Positions 36,801-49,200 of a stretch of DNA of 64,000 bases are shown in pieces. Numbering within the stretch: position 1 is the stretch's first letter; each line of letters starts with the position of its first letter. This stretch comes from Takakia lepidozioides. Its lineage: Eukaryota; Plantae; Bryophyta. The stretch is taken from the NCBI GenBank assembly GCA_030704615.1, contig CM060734.1, positions 46,934,001-46,998,000 of the forward strand. The letters run 5' to 3'. The notes under the pieces are model-generated. The model worked only from the letters and a program-made list of their open reading frames with translations, searched no databases and had not been told where the DNA came from. The position numbers were made by a program, and so were the translations under genes.

Positions 36801-38227
36801 AGATCAGTCATTCGGTTTATCGGGCACAGCTTTGGTAGTTGGTCGAGAACCCAGGAGAAAGCAAACCATACCTCACAAACTACTGACATTCCCCATAGCC
36901 ACACAGCATCTGTGTTTGGGTGCCTGATACGCCATGTCAGGAACAAACCCAAGACAACCATCCGCATCACCACCAGAAACCTGCACACATCCGATCCAGC
37001 CCATTCTTCCATGAAGCCAGGATCTTCCTCAGTTGCGGAGGTATACTTTGAAGCATTGCTAACTTGAAAGGGATGTCTTGCACTCACCGGAGGAACTAAT
37101 TGGGTGGAAAGCGAAGCAAGCACATGCATCAACACACAAAAAAACTCGAATTCCTACTGTAAGAATTTAAATAGGAACCAGTGCAGCTCCAAGACATCAG
37201 CTTTTCTCTGCCCAATGCCAGCCATCCTTAAGGAGGCCATAGTACCTGGGCTTCTAAGATAAAAGAAGGTCAGGAGTAATAAGTACCTGTAGGGACTTAG
37301 GATGCCAGCTGAGACGTTAAACTTCCGTGAGAGAGGGCGTCTCGCCTTGTCGTTGAAATCAGGCGCGGTACCCATGCCCTTGTGACTGCCCCCTGTGTAG
37401 CCACCATCTTTCGGCCACACAGCATTGCCATAGCCGTACGTCCCTTTGGTCTGGTACAACCAGCGAGCATGATCAAAATCTGAAGCCTGATTGCTCATGA
37501 GCAAGCCAGGCGTGGTGGTCTTGAGTAGAGATAAACGGCGCTCCATCTTGGTCCCTTCGTTGACTGGAGGGGGCAATGCCCGGAGATCAGACTCTTTGGT
37601 AGTCTGTTCGGTAGTCTCCTCGGGAATTTTGTATTCATCCTTGCAACCTGGGCATTTCCCCGACCCATTCAGGGCGTCAATGTAGCAATCTCGACAAATC
37701 TTGAAGTTGCATTCGCACGGGGCCATATCCTCTCCCCGCTCATCCCTCAAAGCTTTCCCGTCGCAACCTTCAACAGAACAGGTACCCCCCCGAGCACAAG
37801 CTAGCTGTGGGTGAGTACCTTCACTCTCCATCATCTTTTCCATCACGTGGCCACGGGTGGCACTGTTAAATCCCCCACTGAAGATAGCGCTCGACACAAA
37901 CTGTTGCTCAGCTTTCGCAGCAATTCCTGGATCCATCGGCCGCACTGTCGGGGTGGCGGACATTAGCTGGTGGTCAGGAGTTGCAGGAATCTGTACTGTG
38001 TAAAGAAACTCAGAGCCCATATCACTTTCCATCTCACTCTCATCTCGGGAGAGATTCATATATCTACCACTGGAGGTCCGGCGAGCATGATGGCTGACTG
38101 TAACATTACTGGCAACGGAAGGTAACGGGTTGGGTTTCTCTTGGCCTAAGTGAGGTTGGGGAACCTGCTTTGGAAGGTTTGATCGAAAAGCAAGGGCCCC
38201 TGTTGCAGAGGACCGTGGGGACGCCAT
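33851..38227 (-). CDS. CSLD: Cellulose synthase-like D glycosyltransferase (GT2). Exons 38227-37287, 36980-36176, 35889-34912, 34630-33851; 1167 aa
   Basis: CSLD-type N-terminus ([57 protein letters not shown]), [24 protein letters not shown]|VLRW and C-terminal TM helices. Exon lengths 941+805+978+780 keep the frame. Confidence 0.97.
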
Positions 38228-39905
38228 AGCTGCTCCTTCTTACTACCTGTTCGACCACATACAGTAGCCCTTTGCTTGACAGCCTTCTGAAACTTGTGAA
38301 CCTTCTTCCTGGAAAGACCCAAACAGTCTTCTTGCTCACCCTTTGCACACCAAAGCCTGCACTCTAGTGACGTGAATTCCAGTACTCTCTGCTTGTGCTG
38401 ATTCTGTTCCACGTCTGTACTAAAATTGTACCATTGCGCAGCCTGAGGACCTCAATCACTTTGTATGGTGACGAAAGCACGTTCGACTTGATCCCGTATT
38501 GCCAGTGCCCCTGTTAGTTACCACAATGGAGAAAGAAAGACTGGGTGAGGCTCAGCTACCGATGTCTCCTAGAGGGATACAGAAGGAAGAAAAAAAAGGA
38601 TACGTACAATGCCTTGAGCTTAAGCTACTAGAAGAGAGAGACAGCTCAGGAAGGAGATCGTCCATCTCAACAACGAGTGGAGTAATGATGCGATCGGGGT
38701 GTGAACGTACGTCTGGAAACTAGGATCACGCACGCGGTGGCAGCGTTGGAATGACAGTAGAGCAAAACCCAACGAGAAACGGTCTCGGCAGCCCCGATCA
38801 AGTCGCTGCCGTTCCCGCGTTGCACAGCATCCAGGTTGGCCCAGTAAGTAAATCCCTCTGATTTCCTTAGTCGAAACAAGTTGACTCTCTTGTCACTGAC
38901 AAAGCCGCCCCCCACGTCCAAATCGCTGGTCAATGGGTGGGGGCCATAAGAAATGGATGCGAAGACATGCATCATCTATCATCATCATCTATCTATCTGA
39001 GATCTGCGACTCTTAAAGGCATCTTCCATACAGATGTCCGTTATCCTTTGTTCACCGCCTTGCAAGATTTCCCAAACCCGACTATGGGTGTGCGGGATAT
39101 GTAGAGTAAAAAGAGAGTAGGCTAGCGATCATATCACAATCATGGCAGCTCCGAGTAGATAGTAACCCACACTGCAACTTGTCTATATAAAGCTGAAGAA
39201 GCGTGATTAATACGAGCATTTAGAGCAAGACTGCGCACAGAGGTTTCAGCTCCTGCTTATGCACGTGCTTCTTTGCATCTCTGCTCTCTCCTCATTTAAG
39301 ATTGTTGTGGTGAAATGGGGGAGTGAGGATGTGGGTGAATAGTGTGAGTAACTTACAGTATACTTGAACATTGTGGTGGTTGTTGTTGCTTGTTGGTGTT
39401 CACTGTTAACTGTTAACTTATTACAAGTGCCAGTGTGAAAGAAGAGGGGTATGGAGTGTGGGCAGAGTCCGTGAACAGTAAGTTAGTGGGCCGCGTGGGG
39501 TGGGTCACCACTCCCCACTGCTGTCCATACAAGAGCAATACCTATCCATTCAACTCCTCGACTGTCTTTCTTCACACATGAGAATTGGCAGCGCTTGGTT
39601 GCCGGCGAGTTTATTCCTCCCATTTGCTGAGGAATCAGTAAAACATTCCACATTCTTTTGTACCTACTTGATGTCAGGGGACTTTCCGCGCACGGAGGAG
39701 TTTGTAGGCATTGGAAAGCTGAGCAGAGCAGACAAACATACCGTTGACAAGAGTGCACGACCGTGACTGCCACGCTGCACTTTCCATCAGCACAGCATCT
39801 TCGGTGAGGTCACGCTTGTGGACGAGTGGGCACTTGGGTGACAGGACGTGCCATTGCCCCATTGCCACTCTAATAAGAAATTGGGAGGGGGCTCCATAAA
39901 ATGTC

Positions 39906-40095
39906 AAAAAAAAAGAAAAGAAAAAAAAAGAAGTATGACGCCTCCCGAAGGGAACGTAACTTATGTGTCACTTCACCACAAGGGCTACTGCCTTCCAGCT
40001 GAAAGGTGGACACCTTCATGACATACCAGACCATGGTTTGAACCCACAACCACATCCTACGTGGTATGTGCCCATTACAACTGGGCTACATGCTG
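39906..40095 (-). mobile_element. tRNA-derived SINE, family B, copy 4 (best preserved)
   Basis: Minus strand: A box TAGCCCAGTTG, B box GGTTCAAACC, body, then a T-rich tail (A-rich run 39906-39932 on +). Confidence 0.75.
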
Positions 40096-40253
40096 CTGGG
40101 GCTGCCCAGCCCACCTGCCCGCTGCGCCCCGTCCTCTACGCCATGCTGGCGGACAAGTCACCGCCCTCCTACGCCCATCTGGGCCACGTAGGCGCTCCCA
40201 CACACCCACCTTTTGCCACGCGCACTAGGGCTAAACGCTTTCCAAGTAAGTGA

Positions 40254-40363
40254 GCCGGGTTTAGACACAAGCCATGTATCCACCGGCCAAAACCTGAAAA
40301 TCGTCCAATCATTGACCACCATGGCATTTTAGCCGCTCGTTTCGGAGCAGTCTAAACCCGGCC
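40254..40363. mobile_element. Tourist/PIF-Harbinger-like MITE
   Basis: 13-bp perfect TIR GCCGGGTTTAGAC / GTCTAAACCCGGC; flanks TGA / (C)TAA. Confidence 0.5.
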
Positions 40364-40460
40364 TAAGGGTACCAAAATTCTGGGTGGGGTTATTCATGAA
40401 GGTCGAAAAAAGGTAGAGGATGGGAGCGGCCAATGGGGAGGGAGGGCACCCGGTTGGAAC

Positions 40461-41197
40461 CAGTGTTGGGCGGGTAACCGGTCTGATCCCGGTTAACTGG
40501 TGGGTCAGGTTCTGGTTAATAAGAACCTAAGCCGGAACCAGTTTGGAGAACCGGACAGGAACCGGGACCCAGGTATGGTCTTTCATGGAACCGGAATCGC
40601 CTGTTCCTAGTGGGGTCAGGGACCACCGCTAACCGGAACCAGGAACAGAGGGGCGGTTCGGTTCCGGTTCGCGCAGTTATGGTATATCCCTTATTAATGG
40701 GGGCCGCCAGCCACATCAAGTCGGCCCCCTGCTGCTGGTTGGGGTATTTGTGCCTTGCCTGGGTGATCTTGGGTTCAATTCAATCCTTCAACATGTGCCT
40801 TCAGCTGTCCATTGGCCCCTTGATGGGCTGCGTGTTTTTCTTGGACGTCAAAGAAACTTTATCTTTACTTCATATGTTTTACCTGGACAATTGCCATAGC
40901 AAATATTTATTTTGTAGTAAGTTGGAACACATCTAATATTTATTTGACCAATAGGACATTAAGTTTCTAAATAAAAAATTATTTTTAATTTTCTTTAATA
41001 ATTTAATAATGTCTTAACCGGAACCGGCAATTCTTTCCAGCAAATAACCAGAACCAGAACCGTCCTAATGTTCAAGAACCCGAATGGAACCGGAACCGCT
41101 TTATTTTCATCCCAAATAACCGACCCGGAACCAGAACCGCAATTTAAACCCTACCCTAGAACCGTAATAGGAGGTTCTTGAAAAAAGCAAGACACTG
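40461..41197. mobile_element. Non-autonomous hAT element
   Basis: Perfect 8-bp TSD GTTGGAAC (40453-40460, 41198-41205), termini CAGTGT...ACACTG, many GGAACCGG subterminal repeats. Confidence 0.85.
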
Positions 41198-41823
41198 GTT
41201 GGAACGTGTGAAAGGTGAGGCCACGTGTAGAGGCTAGCATAGAAATAGGAGGGTGTAGTTCTAAGGCTTTCGAAAGTAGGATGAGGCCGTGGGCTCTTCT
41301 AGAAGTCTCCACCAGCATTCTATAAAGAGGGTGATGGCTACCTTCTAGAGGGTTTCTTTGGCCTGCACCTTAGTTTGGTGGGCTTAAGCAGGCCCCTTAA
41401 AAAATGTAACCTGAACCATCTTCAAATGAATAGAAATGTCAAAACCATAGGTATACTCTCAAAAGTGTGTGGCTAAAAACAGGTTGAGCCATATTTTCTA
41501 GACAGTATATGGCAAATATAAAAGATACACTACATATATATCTTAGGAATCCCATATATAAATGTAAGTTGTTTTTTCCTTTTTCTTTTTGGATTTTTTT
41601 AGTTTGTAGTAGGTATTAACGACGGTTGGGTTTAAGAAAATGGTGCCATACATTATGACTAAACCGTTTGAAAATACAATGAAACATGACACACACAAAT
41701 TAAAAAGATGGACGGATTGCACTACATTCTTCCATTTCAAAGTAGCTTTTAAATATTTTGTTATGATGGAATTGATATGTATGAGTAATATTATTCTATC
41801 GTGTTCATGTATAGTTGAATGTG

Positions 41824-42350
41824 TTTATTTTATTTTATTTTTGAAAAAAAGAAACTTGGGAGCGACAGCCCACAATTTAGGCCCTTGAGGAGGGGGAAAA
41901 ATTAACCCCCTTTCATTTATGGGCCATGAGGCTTAGAGGACGATCAACGTCCAAACATACCGTCACAAACAATCCCAGACACGCAGGGCCCCCAAAAAAA
42001 AAAAAAAAAAAAAAATTCCACTTGTGGCCCCCCAAGACTGAGTGTGTTGATGCACAGAGTTTCAAAGGGCCACAAGCGCAGCTGTGGTTCGTCCCCCTTG
42101 AGTCATGCTTCTGGTTTTGGATGATAGTTCATGTTTGCTGTCTGTCTGAGCATGCTTGCTTCCACTGGGCAAATCAAAACCCTTCGGAATTGAGTGCGTT
42201 GATGCACTCAGTTTCACAAGGTCTGATACTTGTTTTTGTGTCTGTCCTTCCACTGAGATTAGCTGCTTCGGGTTTGGGGGGGGGGGGAAGGGTTTAAACC
42301 CCGAACCACCAGGGCGATACACCATGCACTTACCAACTAAGCTACCAGCC
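41824..42350 (-). mobile_element. tRNA-derived SINE, family A, copy 1, interrupted by a ~300-bp insert (~41995-42290)
   Basis: Head GGCTGGTAGCTTAGTTGG...GGTTTAAACC, a body matching 54780-54930, and an AAAT-rich tail. Confidence 0.7.
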
Positions 42351-42821
42351 AAACTGAAATGTTTAGTTTTCAAATGACTTCTAAATAGGTAGATAGATTG
42401 TGTAAGTTTAGTAATATCATTTAAATGGGTTGGTATTGTTGCGAATGTTGATATCTAATCTAATATATGACACAATCCAGTACATTAAGCTATAAACATA
42501 TGAAAAAATATGCAAAAATTGGGTTTAGGACTGCCGTCGTTTAAGTGGGGATTAGTATTACGTTGGATGTTGATATTTCATATTTATTAACAAAGTGTAT
42601 AGCACATTCTCATATATCTCACTATATGCATGTACAAAATAGTAAAATTGGGTTTATGAGTGTCATTTATTACATGGCATATTAATAAAATGTATGATGA
42701 TTTTTCATACATGTAGCCATACACATGTGAAAAAGTGTCGAAAAATGGGTATGAGTGTCATTTAACTAGGCCAGTATATTTCATACATATTTACAAAAAT
42801 ATATGGCCTAATTTTAATCGG

Positions 42822-42991
42822 ATATCAAATATGCATAAAAGTGTATGACTCATAGAAGCCATACACCGGTGTCAAAATAGGCAAAAGTACACGTGCTACA
42901 GACTAAGAATATCAAATATGCATACAAGTGTATGACTCATAGAAGCCAACACCGGTGTCAAAATATACAAAAGTATACGTGCTACAGACTA
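42822..42991. repeat. Tandem duplication of ~87 bp
   Basis: ATATCAAATATGCATA..AGTGTATGACTCATAGAAGCCA..ACACCGGTGTCAAAATA..CAAAAGTA.ACGTGCTACAGACTA occurs twice. Confidence 0.85.
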
Positions 42992-43093
42992 TGGTAATTA
43001 ATTTTTATCTATTTTTATCACATTTGGCATCAATATTTAATGAACATGTACACAATCTTATACATCAAAAGAGAATGTCTCTTTCATAGTTAA

Positions 43094-43595
43094 CCCTTAA
43101 CTTTCTATGGAACCGTTTCGGGTTTCATAGAACATGACATATTAACATAACTTTTGCAGATCTTAATATTTTTAGGTCGTTTCTTCAGCAATAAATGACC
43201 TGCCAACATGGCAAATCATCTCCAATTGGCAGCATGCCATTTAGAGAAAGTCTGCCACGTCCACAAATTTCCAAAACCCACTCGGTCACAATGCTCTTGC
43301 TTGGAGGGAGGCCACGTAGAGTTGACTTCTATGTGACCAACGCTGATTAGACAGCACTTCAGGCCACTGGGGGTAAATTTTTACAATTTCTACCATTGGA
43401 TGTGAGCATAATTTGGACCAAGGTGTAGGTGTGAAGAGAGTCACTCCCTCACCAGAGGATTTTGACTTTGAGCAATATTTCATAGCATCTTTTGGAGGCC
43501 AAATCACAATTTCTAAATCTTTGTAATGAAGGTAGTTTGAACCCCCCTAGAAACACATACAAAGCACCCCCATCAACCATATAAGAAGTTAAGGG
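43094..43595. mobile_element. piggyBac-like non-autonomous element (502 bp)
   Basis: TTAA at 43090-43093 and 43596-43599. TIRs CCCTTAACTTTCTATGG / reverse complement CCCTTAACTTCTTATATGG, with the first 10 bp identical. Confidence 0.7.
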
Positions 43596-44319
43596 TTAAA
43601 ATTAAAAGTAATTTTGAAAACAAAACAAAACTCGTTGAATGATACAGAAATATAATACAAATACATTACTCATATATAATATACTCATGTATATCAAGTT
43701 CATTAATAAAATATATTAATGATACTTTAAATATAATCGATTATGTACATATTTTTAGATTTTATATGTCATTTCTCATTTTTTCCTCATTATGTTTTCA
43801 ATCATTATTTTATGTTTAATGTATTTATATTTATATTTATACGTTCATCAAATGTTCACATTATAATTCACTATATGTGAACACTACAATTGCATTTTCA
43901 TATATTTAAGATATTAAAATTTACTTATAAAATAAAACATAAATTTGAAAATAAACACTTTGAAAAAAGAAAAAAAACACTTATTACATACACCCATAAG
44001 ACAGTACTATATGTCAATATGTCATGACAATTTTATCAGCAAGGTTTTATAAGTATGATGCAGGATCTCATCAATCTTGTTAAAGTTTTGTTGGCTTTGT
44101 ACAGTGGCTTGACTTCATAAAAACTGCTGCTGGTGTAGGATTGTCTGCATGTCTGGAATTGTCTGCATAGAGATGCCTTCTACAAATTCTTAAAAGTGAA
44201 GGTCTGGGACTTGCGTCAAGTGATATTCCTCTTGAAATCTACATGTTTCAATTTGCCTCAGATTGAACCGTCCATATACTTGTGAGATATGGGAGTAGTG
44301 TCTTTCTTTCTAGCGAAAA

Positions 44320-44570
44320 ATAGCCAGATTTCGACCTGGAAAATCGGTCAGCTACTTGTACAGAGGAATTATGGGGGGTCAAATTTGAAATTTTCGCCAA
44401 AAAGCACCAGCAGATACAGGAGCCTAATTTTGCCAACGTGGACCAGTTAAAACGTGCCACCTGGAATATAGCCACTTTCCTAGCCCTGTCACCTCGTTAT
44501 TCTGGGCACTGGGACCGTAGAATTCACAGGTGGCCCCGCCTGCGATTTTGGAAAAATGGAAAAAAAAACA
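44320..44570 (+). repeat. Dispersed repeat family C, copy 1 (unclassified)
   Basis: CAGCTACTTGTACA.AGGAATTATGGGG...ACGTGGACCAGTT...ACGTGCCAC...TATAGCCACTTT...CACCTCGTTATTCT...GCGATTTTGGAAAAA is shared with 52925-53165. Confidence 0.8.
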
Positions 44571-46219
44571 CTGTATGGGAGACCGGTTCCGCAGCATAGG
44601 CCATACAGTCCATGGCAAGGCATGCCCGTACCTTGTGCGCCATCATGGCAGGGGCTCGTGCGCCAGCGGGGCATAGAGGACGTGGCGCAACGGGCAGGTT
44701 AGAGGACGTGGCACAGCGGGCAGGTGGGACGCTGGGCAGCCACGGCACTAAACCCCTGGGGGTGGGGGGGGGGGGCAAGGCTTTTAGTAAACCAGAGATC
44801 ATAAGGCATTAGGAAGCAGTGGATCAGTCAACCCTGGAGATTAGTAAGCCCTAGGGAGTAGGGAAAAACTAAGTAAAGTTTGTTAAGTATTAGGGAGGGT
44901 AACATTCTAAGAGATAGGGGAAGAAAAATGACATACAGAGAAAAATATAAAAAACTACTTCATTTATGCATGAAGCATGAAATTGGTTTGAACTCACATG
45001 ATCTAACTTACAGAAGCAGCAAGAGTGTGGGCTGGGAAGAATTCTACCACACATTCCCACAATGAAGAAGTGATCGGTCTGTCCACTGTACCTCTGATGT
45101 GCATGCTCACAATCTCTTTCTCATTGTTGTAGAAAAGTATAGCCAGTGTGGAAATTTGTAGCTCATGGGCAATGTCTTCTTCTTCCGCTGCACTGCTCTG
45201 ACTCATGGAATGGGCAGTCATGTGCATACTAACAAAGGCCTATTATAAGGCCCATAATGCTTGCTACATGTCCATCCTCTTGATAGCAAATGTATTGATG
45301 TGGGTTTAAGAGATAGAATGGTGGGTGGCCAGAAACTTAATAAATTGCACATTCATGGTAGCATGTTTATAGGTAATTAACATTTATCCAAGTCAGATGC
45401 TTTAAGAGGGAGTACATAGCAGTTTTCTAACCCTTGTGCCTTAACAGTTACATAACACATGGCCTTGGGAAGATTTCAGGGAGTTAAAACAAACTTACTA
45501 GTAGAGAGGGTTAATAGTTAACACTTCAATAGATAATATCCAGGGTTCACCTTGAGATCCCTAAGCAGGTGTTAAGTAGTGGATACACAGGGCCAGGGTG
45601 GCTTGATTGGTCGTGAGGCGTGGTACAGTTCGGATCCGCCTCTGCTGTGCTGCACACTTGACGGCACCATCGCCGGCGTGCCCAACGCTTCACGCGCTTC
45701 ACCGACGTCCTGCAACTTCTGGCTATGTCCCTCACAGGAAGCGGTGTGAAAATTTCAACTCCGGGATCCCACCATATCCATGATTGGATTCAAGTCATCG
45801 AAATTAGTCAGCAGGTAAAGCTCCACTTTTTTCGAATTCCACTTCTTGGACCCACTTAAGTCTGACTTAAGTCCTCGGATGTCGGTCCTAGTTTCCACTG
45901 GGCCGTCTCCTTCCTGAATCCGAGGCCTGAATGGAGAGCTTGGAAATAAAAGATCCACTTCTACTTATCAACCCCACAGGTCACCCAGAGAGGTAAGTTC
46001 CTGTGTTCACATATGTAGGTATTAGGGACAGGGGTAGTTCACATTTGGGTAGTTCCTGTGTTCACCTAGATGTCCGATATGTACTCTCCTTCCGATCGTG
46101 TCTGACTCAGGTGTGACAGTGCGATCCTTTATAGACACTGTGCCCGAGGTCGACCTTGCTGACAATATTGAACGTCCTGTCACCATTTATTACTACTAGA
46201 ACTTGACGAGCTAAATAAT

Positions 46220-49200
46220 ACTATTTCATTGGGAAGCTCACAAGGGCGCCAAATGTTAGTTGACAGCAGTTGGAAACTTGGAATATACTCTGTTCACTTT
46301 TGAATGCGAAAAGATACGGGTGACGGATCCATAAGTCCAGTTTTGGTGGGTCCAAGGAAAACCTCCAGAGTATGTAAGTTGAAATGATCCAGAAGATCAT
46401 TCCTTCACGCAGACACACTTCCTGCAATCCTTCACTTTCTTACCAGATCAGACCATGACGATCAAACATGGAGGCTCGTTGCTCTGACTTTCATTTACAA
46501 CGCTACCCCTAATATAAAGGTGATACAATTTTATATCCCACATCATTCAGCACTCCTGCAATTGCAGTTGAAGGATAGGCTTGAATTTCAATGCAAGCTG
46601 TACCATAGGGACTTTTATAATCATCCGCAAAGCAGAGAAAATTCAACAAAGCACCCACCCTAATAACTTAATTAAGAAAATGCCTGAGCACTAAGCTACT
46701 GTTAGTAACCCAGTTGATTGCTGTAAGAGTCCTGGTTAATATCAAGCCCCCGAGCCCACGTCCGAAGTGCTTGGGCAGAACGAGCCACGCCGAGGTGGTG
46801 GTTGGCAGACAGGTACCCTCAACTCTGGCATGGACATCCAGAAATTGTAAAGTATTGTTGGTAAGCGCGGGCTTGTCCGTGGCCAGCTATCATCAGACCA
46901 CCGATGCAGGTCTGTAACAGCTATGATCATGGAATAATTGCCACCAACGGTAATTAACTCGGTCATATATCTAACTTTGAACCACAAGTGTACTTAGATT
47001 TGTGGTATATCCGAATCCATAGGTGTGTTCAGGAGTGTGCACAGTGCACACTACTTGGTGCCTGGTGCTTAATCTCCCCTTCGTCGGTCTCGTCCCGAGA
47101 TAATAAAATGAGGAGAGAAGATCAAAATGGATTTTACCTTGTGGGAAGTAGCCGTCTGCACATTTCCCTGGCATTATGGGCTGAAGAGATTGAACAGCAG
47201 ATTGTGTATTGACCTATTAGTGCATGGAATATGTTTTTCCCAGATTTGGTAGTTTCTGCAAGTAGATTATGGAGGTCTAGTGCACGAACAATCAGACCTT
47301 GTCCGCCCTACTTTCGAAAAGCAGGAAAAGTTTGCAAATTTTCCACTGGGGAAAAGATCAATTCCAATGACAGAGCATGGATTCCGATAGAGCTCCCGAG
47401 GCCGTTGAGCTTTTGCGCTGATACACTGAGTCGATGCGCTTAGTACCTGCAGATTAGTGAGTGGTAGAACATTTTGTCAAAAGCCTTCGTTGAGATCAAT
47501 CGGCACACTGTATTTGGAGTGCTCAGCAAGTATTTTCCCATCAACACAGGGAAGCTTCATGAATGTGCAACTATACATAGTTTTAAAAACTATTCAGTCC
47601 TTCTTGGCTTCCAGATGGAGTCCTAAATTTAACTTCAACTCCTGTCTTCAAATCCGGAATTCTTCCTGACATCTGACCTGGCGGAATGGTCCCCAAGATA
47701 TCCATTCCTTGTTTACAAGAAACAGTACTGGGGTTTCACATGGGCTGTGCTTTACACTCGAGGGCTAGGCCAAGCCCAGCCTTTTGCGGCATTTAAGGAC
47801 TTACAAAACGACACTGAATTCATATCAGCAGCTCATGCTTGCTTGGTGGATAATATAAGACGTAGTCAGTTCCCTTGCTTCCAAGTACTGTTTGAATATG
47901 AACCCTTGCAGCTCGATGTACTACAATGTAAAACATTGGCTGGCGGCCATGGATCCCAGCAAGCCATTCTGGAGTGGTATATCATTTGCATTTCAGCATT
48001 GCAAGGACCAGCCGGAGAGCCACCATTGCATACAATCAAAACCTACAATTCATTTCGATCGGACTAACGTTCCTGCCACCCTAGTTGCAATGGAATGTGC
48101 TCACTCTACTTGGAAAGCTCTCTCACACCTGAGTTGGACCTGATGAGGTGCGATACAGGCCATATCGCCCATGCCTTTGGGACATAGGCCCTGAAATGAA
48201 TTTTGAAGGCAAGGAAAAACCAACCCTGCAATGAGCAGTGAAGGGTTACAAAGGGGGACAATGAGAAAACGAAGACAAAATTTCACATTCCAAAGGTTTT
48301 GGCAGATCGGATCGGTGGCCCATGTAGTTTGTATATAGAGCATTTACCTTGTCTTTTGGAGTGCTTTCTGAAGTTTCAACACATCAACGCCACCTAATTT
48401 CTTGTACGTCTTCAATGACTATCACACAACTCAAGTTCTTAAGCACCAAACTTAAGAAAAACCATTTGGACCACTGTCTCTGCGTCATCATTCCCCACAT
48501 CCAGGAGTTGCATCGGTTCCGGCCGCCATCGACCGACGTCACTCGCCCGCCTCTTATGCACAAGCAATCGTCGACTGCTCAGTAAGTCGTGTCCAAAGGT
48601 ACAGATATTCAATGCGCTCCTAGCTAATTAACATATAGCTCCCACCATTACATTCTCTCACACGGATGCCGGAGACACGGTTGTTAATATCCTGCTCGTA
48701 ACAACAATACCACCAAGACCTAATTCATTCAGGTCCGAGAGTTATCGGGTTCTGGAAAACCAACAGTGGGATCAAAATGGTGCCAATATCAAGGAAGTGG
48801 CTCGGCTATGGAACAGTGCATGCGGAGTACCTGGACCGTCCTCGAGGTCATGTCGTCCTCCACCGAGATCTAATCGAAACTCGGGCCCTCCCCGGTCTCA
48901 AATCGACTAGAGTCTAGAACGGCCCTGAAACCAAACACGACGTGCATTGCTTCATGATCCTGGCACTGCTCTTCAACCTCAATGGCAATATCCCCACTCT
49001 TGGGCTTGCGCCATTCTTGGGCAGCTCCTAGGTGTGCCGGACAGAGACGGTGGCCACAAGGCATAGTTGATAATAAGAGGTTTGGAGGCTGGACAAATAC
49101 GCAATGGAGGCATACAATGCAGACCAGGGAGATAGCGAGTTGACATTGTTATGAACGTTGATGATGACGAACTTGGCACCCCCTCTCACCCCTCATGAAA
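46220..49200 (-). pseudogene. Heavily degraded, apparently spliced coding relic containing a RING-like motif; identity unknown
   Basis: Several protein-like frames interrupted by TAG/TGA stops and ending at GT donors. In-frame CIVC-x14-PCGHRLCPAH-x20-CQDH at ~49121-48955. Confidence 0.3.
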
